Source of the DNA: Mobula hypostoma
Lineage: Eukaryota
Assembly: GCF_963921235.1 (NCBI RefSeq)
Contig: NC_086097.1
Location: forward strand, 130,574,001-130,638,000
Length of the DNA stretch: 64,000 nt
Direction: 5' to 3'
Program-made: the position numbers and the translations under genes
Notes under the pieces: generated by a model
Told to the model about the DNA's origin: nothing
What the model saw: the letters and a program-made list of their open reading frames with translations, nothing else
The model's database searches: none
Shown here: positions 11,596 through 24,450 of the stretch, one piece after another
Layout: every line of letters starts with the position of its first letter
How positions within the stretch are numbered: the stretch's first letter is position 1

Positions 11596-14409
11596 AGAAA
11601 CATAGAAAACCTACAGCACAATACAAGCCCTTCGGCCCACAATGCTGTGCTGAACATGTACTTACTTTAGAAATTACCGAGGGTTATCCATCGCCCTCTA
11701 TTTTTCTAAGTTCCATGTACCTATCCAGGAGTCTCTGAAAAGACTCTACTGTATCTGGCTCCACCACCGTTGCCGGCAGCCCATTCCACGCACTCACTAC
11801 TCTCTACGTAAAAAAACTTACCCCTGACACCTCCTCTGTACCTACTTCCAAGCACCTTAAAACTGTGCACTCTTGTGTTAGCCATGTTAGCCCTGGGAAA
11901 AAGCCTCTGACTATCCACACGATCAATGCCTCTCATTATCTCTATCATGTATACATCTCTATAAGGTCATCTCTCATCCTCCGTCGCTCCAAGGAAAAAT
12001 GGCCTTGTTTACTCAACCTGTTTTCATAAGGCATGCTCCCCAATCCAGGCAACATCCTTGTAAATCTCCTCTGCACTCTTTATATAGTTTCTACATTCTT
12101 CCTGTAGCGAGGAGACCAGAACTGAGCACAGTACTCCAAGTGGGGTCTGACCAGGGTCCTATATAGCTGTAACATTACCTCTCGGCTCCGAAACTCAATT
12201 CCATGATTGATGAAGGCCAGCGCACCGTATGCTTTCTTAACCACAGAGTCAACCTGTGCAGCAGCTTTGAGTGTCCTATGGACTCGGACCCCAAGATCCC
12301 TCTGATCCTCCACACTGCCGAGAGTCTTACTATTAATACTATATTCTATCATCACATTTGATCGACCAACATAAGCCATTTCACACTTACCTGGGTTGAA
12401 CTCCATCTGCCACTTCTCAGCCCAGTTTTACATCCTATCAATGTCCCACTGTAACTTCTGACAGCCCTCCACACTATCCACAACACACCCAACCTTTGTG
12501 TCATCAGCAAATTTACTAATCCATCCCTCCACTTACTCATCCAGGTCATTTATAAAAATCATGAAGAGAAGGAGTCCCAGGACAGATCCCTGAGGCACAC
12601 GACTGGCCACCGACCTCCATGCAGAATATGGCCTGTCTACAACCAGTCTTTACCTTCTGTAATCAAGCCAATTCTGGATCCACAAAGCAATGTCTCCTTT
12701 GATCCCATGCCTCCTTACTTTCTCAATAAGCCTTGTATGGGGTACCTTATCAAATGCTTTGCTGAAATCCATATACACTACATCTACTGCTCTACCTTTA
12801 TCAATGAGTTTAGTCACATCCTCAAAAAATTCAATTAGGCTCATAAGGCACGACCTGCCTTTGACAAAGCCATGCTGACTATTCCTAATCATATTATGCC
12901 TCTCCAAATGTTCATAAATCCTGCCTCTCAGGATCTTTTCCATCAACTTACCAACCACTGAAGTAAGACTCACTGGTCTATAATTTCCTTGGCGATCTCT
13001 ACTCCCTTTCTTGAATAAGGGAACAACATCTGCAACCCTTCAATCCTCCAGAATCTCTCCTGTCCCCATTGATGATGCAAAGATCATTACCAGAGGCTCA
13101 TCAATCTCCTCCTTCGCCTCCCACAGTAGCCTGGGGTACATCTCATCCAGTCCCGGAGATCTATCCAACTTGATGCTTTCCAAAAGTTCCAGCACAAACT
13201 CTTTCTTAATGTCTATATGCTCAAGCTTTTCAATCCGCTCTAAGTCATCCCTATAATCGTCAAGATCCTTTTCCCTAGTGAATACTGAAGCAAAGTATTA
13301 ATTAAGTACCTCTTCTGTCTCCTCCGGTTCCATACCCGCTTTTCCACCGTCTCATTTGATTGGCCCTATTCTCACGTCTTATCCTCTTGCTCTTCACATA
13401 CTTGTAGAATGCCTTGGGGTTTTCCTTAATCCTGCTTGCCAAGGCCTTCTCATGGCCCTTCAGACTCTCCTAATTTCATTCTTAAGCTCCTTCCTGCTAG
13501 CCTTATAATCTTCTAGATCTCTATCATCACATAATTTTTTGAACCTTTCATAAGCTATTCTTTTCTTCTTGATGAGATTTTCAACAGCCTTTCTACACCA
13601 CGGTTCCTGTACCTGACCACCCTTTCCCTGTCTCATTGGAATATACCTATGCAGAACCCCACACAAATATCCCCTGAATATTTGTCACATTTCTGCTGTA
13701 CATTTCCCTGAGAACATCTGTTCCCAATTTATGCTTCCACCTTCCTGCCTGATAGCTTCATATTTCCCCTTACTCCAATTAAACGTTTTCCTTACTTGTC
13801 TGTTCCTATCCCTCTCCAATGCTATGGTAAAGGAGATAGAATTGTGATCACCATCTCCAAAATGCTCTCCCACTGAGAGATCTGACACCTGACCAGGTTC
13901 ACTTCCCAATACCAGATCAAGTACAGCCTCTCCTCTTGTAGGTTTATCTACATATTGTGTCAAGGAACCTTCCTGAACACACATAAGAAACTCCACCCCA
14001 TCTAAACCCCTTACTCTAGGGAGATGCCAATCAATACTAGGGAAATTAAAATCTCCCACCATGACAACCCTGTTATTATTACACTTTTCCGGAATCTGTC
14101 TCCCTATCTGCTCCTCGATGTCCCTGTTACTACTAGGTGGTCTATAAAAAACACCCAGTAGAGTTATTGACCCTTCCTGTTTCTAACTTTCACCCACAGA
14201 GATTCAGTAGACAATCCCTCCATGATTTCCTCCTTTTCTGCAGCCGTGACACCATCTCTGATCAGCAGTGCTGTGTCCCCACCTCTTTTGCCTCCCTCCA
14301 TGTCCTTTCAGAAACATCTAAATCCTGGCACTCGAAGTAACCATCCCTGCCCCTGAGCCATCCAAGTCTCTGTAATGGCCACAACATCATAGCTTCAAGT
14401 ACTGATCCA
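11596..14409 (-). mobile_element. CR1 LINE, most of ORF2 (APE+RT), frameshifted
   Basis: Motifs VGDFNFP...LDLVL...DHN, QHGFVKGRSCL...YMDFSKAFDKVPH and RPHLEYCAQFWSP. Tail tagaaacatagaa. Candidate TSD TTTATTT at 11589 and 14410. Confidence 0.93.
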
Positions 14410-16104
14410 TTTATTTGTAAATCTTTTGAGATATCTTGGAGCTAAATAATTATAAACGTACTTGCACCTCGGAACTGTCAAGATTGTTTATCTGGTGATA
14501 AGTCATATAGCACATTGCAAAATTTTATCAGCTCTCTGCTGTGCTACTATTATGTGAGATCTTTGTCATTAATCTTCCTTGTAATAAAAAAATTTAACTT
14601 TATCATGAGTTGTTTGTTAAATTATTTCTTCACCAATTTAAATGGGGTGTGCAACACTGTCACTGTCATAACTGTTCTTAATTCACCCCTTTCTGTTTGA
14701 TTGACCACACATCCCCAGTAATCTGGTTGTCCCTCCCAATGTGGTGATTGCTGTGGTATCTTTTGGCCAACTGCAATAAATGAGAAACCCTAGATTTCAT
14801 AGGTATCCTAGTCCCCATGCCATTCGTGAACTTACATGCTCCCAGCAAGGTAAGTGATGCACAGTAATCATTCATTCAGATCCTGCCCAATTGACCTTAC
14901 ACTCAAGGATATTGAAAGGCATGCTCCAGACCAAGGGTCCAGTGTTTTGCGTCACATGATGCATTCATCAATCAAGTCATCATTGGTTAACCCAACATTT
15001 AGTGATCACCCAGTCTTCTCCTTTCCAAATAAAATCCAGCCATATAGTGTTACACCCTCACACACAGTATTTATGTAGTTACACCCTCATATACAGTATC
15101 CACGCAGCTAACAAATGCTCCATTAAAACTGAAGCAAGCTCACCTGCAATGCAAACCTGCTTTTGACTGGTAAATCTATTTTCTTTTGGACAACCGAAAA
15201 AGTACGAAGATGAATTTTGTTTGCTTTTGTAATGAGCAATAGGAAGTGAGGAGGCTGAAGCCATTACCAGGAGGCTGATTATGACTGTTGGACACATACA
15301 TGAAGAAATCCTTGCAAAAGATCAACAAAGTTCTGTGCATTGGTTGTTGTACAATTTGTTGAAGTGGGGTTTGAACCCAAAATTAGGGAGTACCAGGGCT
15401 GATGCAACATGTTTGAAATCTGCAACTAATCTTAAGAACCAGATGAGTTTTAAATAACAACACATTCCAAAATAAGTATTAAAATGTAGAACTTCATTAC
15501 ACTAAAAAATGTTGGTTACAGTAAATTTGTCTTTCAAAATTCACAAATGTCCATGCTTGCTTTCAAGGACTGAAAGACTTCTGAAAACCAGCAGAAGTTA
15601 TGATTGCATCATCTGCCAGATAATTGCTTCTGCCAGTTTCTATTAAATTAAAATCAACTGATATGTAAAATTGTTTATCTGTACAAGTTTTTTGTTCGTA
15701 GCCATCTTACCAAATCAAGGCGTAAATCATTTAAATGAATATCAGTATTAAATCATAACTCATTCTTTACTTATTTGTATGGTTTCTACCTTTAAAACTA
15801 TATCTAAACTGTTTGAATTTCATTTTTGTTGAGTTCCTCAATCTTTTGCTTTGTGCAAACTAGGAAACATGCTAATCTCTACCTGGATTCTTGCCAAAAA
15901 TAATACTTGATATGTCATCTGTATCAAAGGCAAAACAAAGCACCAAATCATAGGAGCTTGTTGATGGTTGATAGTCTTCTACAAGTCTATCTTTCTTTCT
16001 GAAAGTGACTGACTCTAACCCTCATCAAAGGGGTACATTTTAATAAGCAGATTTTAAAAAAGGGAAAAGAAGCTGCTATGTTGAGGGACATAATAGGATA
16101 CATG

Positions 16105-16225
16105 AGAAAATCTGCAGATACTGGAAATCAAAGCAGCACACACAAAAAACTGCAGGCCTGGCAGCATCTATGGAAAAGTGCAGACAGTCGACGTTTCGGG
16201 CTGAGACTCTTCTTCAGGACTGAAT
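16105..16225 (-). mobile_element. Penelope pLTR fragment
   Basis: Reverse complement matches the pLTR at 47911 onward and the ccagcatctgcag-type end. Confidence 0.8.
16186..16221 (-). ncRNA. Minimal hammerhead ribozyme motif (core intact, helix II weakened)
   Basis: Minus strand reads AGUC-CUGAAGA-agagucucagccc-GAAAC-GUC-GACU. Confidence 0.6.
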
Positions 16226-16969
16226 ACAAGAGGACCTAAGCAGCAGAAATTGTTATAAGTACAGAAAATTGGAGATATCAAGACTGGAATCAGAAGAGCA
16301 TAGAGAGGGTTGTAGGACTGGAGGAGACTGCAGCAATGAGAAAAAGTGCTGCCTTAGAGAGATAATGCATGGAATCTGGATTTCTGCTGCATTATCAATG
16401 CTGTTATAGTGCAGTAGGATAAGCGGCACAGACATATCCCAGTTCAAAAACTTGACGGCTTCCTTCACTTTGTGGTGAAGTTATTGCAGGAAAGAGCTGA
16501 TGGATTGAAGACCTGGGCCTTAAACAATGCCCCATTATTGAATTTCAAAATACGTAATATGTATTCATAAAATATGTGTATCTAAACATAAAGTATTAAT
16601 CTTAATCTGAACATTACCTAAATGCAGATAGAAAGATATCTATTACAAAATTTTAACACTGCATACAAACTTTTCATCACCAAAAGAATATCTCACTTAC
16701 AACAGATTTGTCATTTCTAACAGATTTGTCTATCATTGACTATTATGGATGGAGTGGAAATGTGTACATCCCTTGTTCATGCTGCAATGTGTTCTATCTT
16801 TACTTAGACTACCTCCCCTTCCAGCCCACTGAGCACCTCTCAGCAAGCTAGACCTCACTGCTTTCTTCCCTAGGCCTCTGGACCAAGAGACTTCTTATCT
16901 TCTTGATGTCAATTTCCGTCTCAATTCACTGAGCTCTCTTTACTCTCCATAGAAACTCCCCCAACCTTT

Positions 16970-17570
16970 GGTGGAGAGTATATTGGCTGGTTGTATCACA
17001 GCCTAGTATGGAAACACTGATGCCCTTGAATGGAAAATCCTACAATGGAAAGGAGTGGATAGGGCCTAGTCAATCATGAATAAAACCCTCCCCACCATTG
17101 AGCACATCTATATGGAGCACTGTTGTAGGGAAGTAGTACCTATCCTCAAGGACCCCCAAAAACCTAAGTCATGCTCTCTTTTCCTTGCTGTCATCAGAAA
17201 GAAGGTACCCACACCACTAGGTTCAGGAAAAGTTATTACCCCTCAGTCATTAGACTCTTGAATTAGTGGGGATAACCTCACTCTCCCCATGACTGAAATG
17301 TTCCCATAATCTATGGACTCACGTTCAAAGACTTTTCATCTCATGTTCTCCATATATATTGCTTATTCATTATTATTATTTCTTTCTTCTTTTGTATTTG
17401 AACAATTTGTTGTCTTTTGCACCTTGGTTGTTTGTCTGCTCTGTTGGGTGTAGTCTTTCATTGATTCTTTGACTCTTCGATTTCATTGATTATGGTTCTT
17501 GGATTTACTGCACATGCCCTCAGGGTTGTATATGGTGACATATATGTACTTTGATAACAAATTTATTTTG
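16970..17570 (+). mobile_element. Rex-Babar 3' fragment (degenerate)
   Basis: gtggagagtatattggctggttgtatcacagcc...; encodes LPTIEHIYMEHCC; tail gtactttgataacaaatttattttgaac. Confidence 0.7.
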
Positions 17571-17824
17571 AACATTGCCAGTAAAGAATTCAGGAGGAAT
17601 TTCCTTACTGATGTGAATGTGGAGTTCATTCCCACAGAGAGCAGTTGCCTCAAAGCAGTTCATGGGAAACTGGATAAGTGTGTGAGAGAGAAATGAATCA
17701 AAGTTTATGCAGATAGATATTAATGTCGATTATCATGAGAACACTCAAGTAGAGTATGAGAACCAGAAGGGACAAGATGGGCTGAATAACCTTCTTTTAT
17801 GTATATATCCCATGTACTCTGGAG

Positions 17825-18710
17825 CAGCGGTCCCCAACCTTTTTTGCACCACGGACCAGTTTAATATTGACAATATTCTTGCAGACCGGCCGACTGTGTG
17901 TGGGGGGGGGGGGGGGAGGGTGGTATTCAAGTAGGGTTAAACTCACCTCAACATGATGTCTTTTACAGTTAGGGTTGCCAACTTTCTCACTCCCAAATAA
18001 GGGACAAAAGTAGCAGTCAAATCCTGACGAAGGGTCCCGGCCCAAAACGTCGACTGTATCTCTTCGTATAGATGCTCCCTGGCCTGCTGCGTTCACCAGC
18101 ACTTTTTGTGTGTGTTGATGGGACACTTGTGTTTACCCCGAGAAAGACTACCATGACCATGAAGCCTTGCGCGGGCACCTGTGTACACATGCATGACCTG
18201 CGCATATGCGATGTGCGCATGCACGTATGTGCCAATTCTTTTTCCACATATCGGTTTTGGCTTAATCTTCCCAACTACACTGTACATACATTATTTCTAC
18301 TTTATATAGACTGTGTATTTATCATATCATTCCTGCTTTTGCTATATGTTAGTGTTATTTTCGATTTTATGTGTTATTTGGTAGGTTATTTTTTGGGTCT
18401 GGGAACACTCAAAAAGTTTTCCCATAAAAATCCACGGTAATTGCTTCTTCGCTTTACGCCATTTTGGCATGAAAGGTTTCATAGGAACGCTCTACCTTGG
18501 TGGGGGAAATACAGGACAAGGGCCGTCCGGTTTGGGTCAAATCAATTTAGCCCAATATACAGGATGTCCTGGCTAATACGGGACAGTTGGCAACTCTATG
18601 TTCAAGTTCAGCAGTGAGTGACAGGGAATGAGGAAAGGTGCAGCTGGCTCATATCATTTCCTCACAGCCCGGTAGCACATGCTTTGCGGCCCGGTGGTTG
18701 GGGACCGCTG
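17825..18710. mobile_element. Non-autonomous hAT element (composite MITE), copy 1
   Basis: Perfect 15-bp TIR CAGCGGTCCCCAACC/GGTTGGGGACCGCTG. 8-bp TSD CTCTGGAG at 17817-17824 and 18711-18718. Confidence 0.92.
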
Positions 18711-19129
18711 CTCTGGAGTAAACAGCTATCCCTTTAACCCCTGGCATCTCAAGTATTCTGACTGCTCCCAATTTGTCATAACGGGCCAGATCCAGTTGCT
18801 TCCTTGTTTCTCATTCCACATGTGCCCCTCTCTCTCCCAAATCTACTCCCGTTGTGTCCTCCTCTGGAAAATACTCATCTCCTCATTCACTTTCAATTAA
18901 CTTCATAAAATGTCACCTCTCTAATATCAGGCCTTCTATTCATCATAGTTTTTCTGCAGCTATTGGTCTGTTCAGCCACACCCAGAAATCTAATGCCCTA
19001 GATCCCAATAAAACTACTTCCTTTCATCCTGCCCTGTCCTCAGCATTCCCGATCTCTGATTCCTAAAGTCCAGGGGACCTAGATATAACAGACATGGCAA
19101 AAAACTAGTCAAGTTATTCATCATCAAAC

Positions 19130-19405
19130 ATGGGGAAGAGTGCGCTGTTGGATGTACTGTTTCTCATCTGGTTATAATATATCCCATGTCACAATTTTAA
19201 AGAAGAGCCAATAGGTTAATTCTGGCACTCTGACCAATATTAGTCCTCAAGAAACATCCTTAAAAACAGATCACACCATTTTCAGGGGAGCTTCCAATGC
19301 CAAATATGCAACTTTCCAATAGCAATTCCAGTTTTAAAGTATTTAATTGGTTCTAAAGTGATTGAAAGATTAAAAAATTATGAAGCGTACAAGAGACTTT
19401 CTCCT
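19130..19405 (+). mobile_element. Degenerate DeuSINE-like element
   Basis: atcccatgtcacaattttaaagaagagc...gaccaatattagtcctcaa...aaaacagat resembles the Deu domain. Confidence 0.45.
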
Positions 19406-20608
19406 TTTTAAGATGCTCCTTAAAGCTTCTGAACACCTGTCACAATATTTTCTTCCATGATTCAATGTCAAACTTTGTTTAATGATGCTCCTTTCATGCA
19501 CATTGGAAGACTTTATTGTGCTACTGGCACAATATGAATACAAGCATTTGTTCCAGAGCTCGGATATTGACTGATATTGCTAGGGCAGCACATTTTGCTC
19601 TATTGCAGACTAATAAAACAGAACCTTTATACCAGGACATTAAACCACATAAATACTTTGCAAAAAATCAATTCTAAAATATTTAATGCAAGACCTTAGT
19701 AGTCTTAAAAGGGATTATTATATTTACAATTAGGATCCAAATGCCACTGTACTTTTTAAATAAGGTCACATATTCAGAATCTTTACCTCATTCAAGGCTT
19801 TGCTACTTATCAGAATATGCACTCTACAAAGAATGCTATAGTGGAACAGAAATAGACCATTCAGCCCGACAGATCCATGCTGACCTTCAGGCATCATATT
19901 TTCCTCATTTCAAACCAGAAAGAAATACCTTCATTTCTTTCACTCTCATATATGTCCCTTGATCTTAAATAGGCTTATACTAATTGTGATAATAAATTCC
20001 ACACTCAAAGCCAATAGCAGTAGTTAGATTTACTCGTGGAAATCTTGTAGCTCTAGCCCCTAGATTATGTCTCCCCACACTAAATCCTATCAGAACATCT
20101 CAAATCTTCAAGGTCATCCCTCCACCTTCGCTTTCCTGAAGAAACATCTATAATCTGTCCTATCTTTGCAAATAGATCTTTTTGTTATCTCCTCAAATCT
20201 TCCCTGCACCTCAGTGGCAACCAAAGACAATCAGACCACGAATTTCTATTATTTCTATACTGTACTCTATATCTTCTTATGTAACATCCAAACTAGAAGT
20301 AAACAATGCATGTTTTTATAAATTTTTACTTTTATTTTCCTTAATAGAAGAAGTAAATATTTGACAATATGGTGCTACCAACGTCACTACTTGTAACTCA
20401 GCTTATCGTGGCAAATATCTATTTTGCACACATTAGTTTAAACGAATAAATTCAAAGTAACAACTCTTATTCCAAGGAGTAAGCATTGCCAATAGCTTGT
20501 CCTGGTCCTATCACACACAAACACCATGGCCAAGAAAGTGCACAGGCAACCCTACTTCCTCAGGAGGCTAAAGTAATCCAGCATGTTCCTGTTGATCTTC
20601 ATCCATCA

Positions 20609-20870
20609 GGTGCCACGGTGGTGTAGCATCGGAGTTCAGAGTTCAATTCTAGGGTCATCTGCAAGGAGTTTGTAGATCCTCTCCATGAATGTGTGGGGCT
20701 CTTCTGGGTGCTCCTGTTTCATCCCACAGTCCAAAGATGTACTGCTTAGTAGGTTCATTGGTCATTGCAAACTGTCCTGTGATTACGCTAGGATTGAATA
20801 GGTTGGTTGCTAGGCAATCAGCCCATTGGGCCGGAAAGGCCTGTTCTGCACTGCATCTGTAAATAAATAA
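20609..20870 (+). mobile_element. V-SINE (HE1-like) inserted in a Rex-Babar 3' remnant (20480-21400)
   Basis: tRNA-like head remnant, central gggtgctcctgtttcatcccacagtccaaagatg block and aaataaataa tail. Confidence 0.7.
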
Positions 20871-21825
20871 TTTTTTTTTTGGAGGGGACGCACTGTAGAA
20901 AGCATCCCATTCAGATGCATCATTAGTTATTATGGCATCTGCTCTGCCCAAGGATGCAAGAAACTGAAGAGTTCAACACGGCACAACAACTACCCTCCCT
21001 CCATGGTCTCTGTCTACATTTCTTGCAGTTAACATACTATAATTAAAGACTCTTTCTATCCCAGGCATTCTCTCTTCACACTCCTCCCACTGGGCAGAAG
21101 ATACAAATCATGTACCACCAGGCTTAAGATTGGTCAGCTTCTGTCCTGCTGTTATAAGACTACTGAATTGACCACTTGTACAGTAAAGATGGACTCTTGA
21201 TCTCACAATCTACCTTGATATGACCCTTGTTCCTTATCGCCTGCCTGCATTCCACTTTCTCATAATTATAACACTATTTTCTGTCCCCAGTTATTGCTTT
21301 CTCTTTCCACTACCTTGATGTACTGATATAATGAAATAATCTATATGGATAGAATGCAAAATAAAGTTTTTCACTGGTACATGTGACAATAATAAAACAA
21401 CTTAATTTATAATCAGGACTATCTCATCAAAGCACTTGACTTGAAACATTACAAGAGTGGACACAAAATGAAGAGAAACTAATTGTTTGTTGATAGTGCT
21501 TAGATTAACCCTGGTAGAATCAAAATTAGCAACGCTTTCTATTTTAGTTAATCAGTCCCATTATATCCATGCCTTCTTGTTTTCTGATGCTCAACTCTCT
21601 GGCCATTGAAAACAATTTATCTTTATTTATTTTATATAAACCCTTACTGAAAGTAAAGACTTCTATCAAATCTCTTCTTGATATTCTCATTCAGTTTAAT
21701 AAAAATGAATGATCAAGAGTTAAAACCTGAAACTATATATATGTATATATTTAACTGTGAAATCTTCTGTAGTAATGTATGAAATGGACACTCTACATTT
21801 ATTTATGTCATTTATTGGAATAGGG

Positions 21826-22582
21826 CAGGGGTCCCTAACCTTTTTTGCACCACGGACCGGTTTAATATTGACAATACTCTTGTGGACCGGCCGACCGGGA
21901 GGGTGGTGGGGGGGATGTTCAAGTAGGGTTAAACTCACCTCAACATGTCTTTTACAGTTAGGGTTGCCAACTTTCTCACTCCCAAATAAGGGACAAAAGT
22001 AGCAGTCAAATCCCGGGACACTTCACCCCAGGAAAGACTACAATGATCATGAAGCCTTGTGTGGGCACCTGTGTGTGCATGCGTGACGTGCACATGCACG
22101 TACGTGCCGATTCCCCCCCCACTCCGAAATCAGTTTTGCCTTCATCTTCCCGACTATACTGTACATACATTATTTCTACTTTATATAGGCTGTGTATTTA
22201 TCATATCATTTCTGCTTTTACTATATGTTAGTGTTATTTATTTTCGGTTTTATGTGTTATTTAGTATGATTTGTTAGGTTATTTTCTGGGTCTGGGAACG
22301 CTCAAAAAATTTTACCATATAAATTAATGGTAATTGCTTCTTCGCTTCACACCATTTTGGCACAAAAGGTTTTACAGGAACGCTCTACCTTAGCGGGGGA
22401 AATATGGGACAAACCAATTTAGCCCAATATACGGGATGTCCCAGCTAATACGGGACAGTTGGCAAATCTATGTTCAAGTTCAACAGTGAGCGACAGGGAA
22501 TGAGGAAAGGTGCAGCTGACTCATATTGTTTCCTCGCGGCCCGGTAGCACATGCTTTGCGGCCCGGTGGTTGGGGACCGCTG
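21826..22582. mobile_element. Non-autonomous hAT composite MITE, copy 2
   Basis: TIR CAGGGGTCCCTAACC/GGTTGGGGACCGCTG. Imperfect TSD GAATAGGG/AAATAGGC. Colinear with 17825-18710. Confidence 0.88.
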
Positions 22583-22816
22583 AAATAGGCTTTTCTGGCC
22601 CATTGAGCCACACTTCCCAACAATCCCCCAATTTAACCCTGGACTAATCACAGGACAATTTACAATGATCAATTAGTCTACCAACCAGCATATCTTTGGA
22701 CCGTAGGAAGAAACCCATGTAGTCTTGGGGAAAACATACAAACTCCTTCCAGGAATTGAACCCAGGTCACTAGTTCTGTAAAGCGTAGTGCTAATCACTA
22801 TGCTACCATGCCCCCC
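22583..22816 (-). mobile_element. V-SINE (HE1-like)
   Basis: Minus strand begins ggggcatggtagcatagtgattagc with B-box-like gggttcaattcc. Its tail is interrupted by the MITE. Confidence 0.7.
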
Positions 22817-23564
22817 TGTTATATCAGCTGTTTTACTGACCCCATCAACCCATGGAATTTTATTAGCACTCTTTGGATTAAATATGCATGGTAATTCTTA
22901 TTTTTCAAATTTTAAATCATAGGATCATAGAAAATTGTAGCAAAGAAAGAGAATATTCAGCCTTTCAAATCTTTACAGATCATATATGCTGAGAGACTGA
23001 AGAAACCAGAATGCACTTTGCATTACCCACAAAAGGCTGGTGTGCAATTACAGCAAGTACATAAGGGTAACGAAGTGTTGTAGTTTGTTGGTAGGGGAAT
23101 TGAACATAAAAATTGGAAGGTTACCCTTGTATGTTCTATTGATGAGATCACATTGGATTATTGTGCACAGTTTTGGTATCCTTCATTAAGGAATGATGTA
23201 ATGCAATTGCAGCAATGCAGAGTTGGTTTACTAGAGTTGTACCTGGAATGGTGGGTTGCCTTACATACGAAGGTGGGAGAGACTGGCCTTGTATCTGCTG
23301 GAGTTTAGAAGAGTGAGTGTGACATGGAAAAGTACAGCACAGGAAAACCATATCGGCACCAACTAAAATGCCAACCTAACTCATCCCATCTGTCTCCTCA
23401 TGGTCCACAGATCTGTTCCATGCTTGTTCAAGTGCCTGTCTACCTCTTAAAAGTTACTTTCATATTGACTGAAACATTTAAGATCCTGAGCTGTCAAGAC
23501 AAGACTGACGTCAAGAGGATAACTCCTCTTGCAGCAGGATCTGAGTTCAGTGCTTATAAATAAT

Positions 23565-24450
23565 GGGATGTCTTGGTTCAATGAAAAACTTTCTTTTGCA
23601 TGCCATCCACACAGATAATTTCAGCAAATCATTGCATTGAGATTGTACGAGGGAAAAGCAATAACAGAAAGCAAAATAAAATGCTATGGTTACAGAGAAA
23701 GTGCAGTGCAAGCAGACAAAAAAAGTACAAGGCCATAATGAGACAGATTGTGAAGTCACAAATCCACCTTTCCATGCATGGAGACTGCTCCATAGATCTT
23801 TTAACAGCAGGGTTGAAGAAGTCCTGGAGCCTGCTGGTAGGTACATTCATGCTTTTCTATGATCTGCCCAATGGAGGGGGGGGGCGGGGTTTGAAGAGAA
23901 GATGTTGGGGTGAGAAGGGTCTTTGAGTAGCGAGAAGCGCAGACCGGGTCTATGAAGGGGAGGTTGGCTATCGCAATGTCCACAAACCTCTGCAACTTCT
24001 TTTAGTTCTGGGCAGACCAGTTGCCATACCAAATTGTGATGCATCTGGATAGAATACTTTCTTTGGTGAATAGATAAGATTGGTGAGGGTCAAAGGGGAC
24101 ATGCCAAATTTCTTTAGCCTCCCGAGAAAGTAGATGTGCTAGTGTGGTTTCCTCATTAAGACATCTACTTAGCTGTACCAGGACAGCTTATTGGTAACGT
24201 TCACTCCTTGGAACCTGAAGCTCTCAACCTTCTCAATCTCAGCATCATTGTTGTAAACCGACACATGTGCAGCACCCCTCTTTGTGAAGCCAATGACCAG
24301 CACATCTGTTTTGCCAACATTGGGAGAAAGATTATTATCATGACACCATGACATCTGGCCAATTCTATATCCTTCCTGTACTCTGACTCATCATTATTTC
24401 ATACTTAGCCACTACTACATTTACAAACTTGTAGGGGGAGTTAGAGCAGA
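23565..24450 (-). mobile_element. Rex-Babar 3' fragment
   Basis: Encodes WCHDNNLSPNVGKT...IEKVESFRFQGVNVTNKLSW. Confidence 0.8.
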
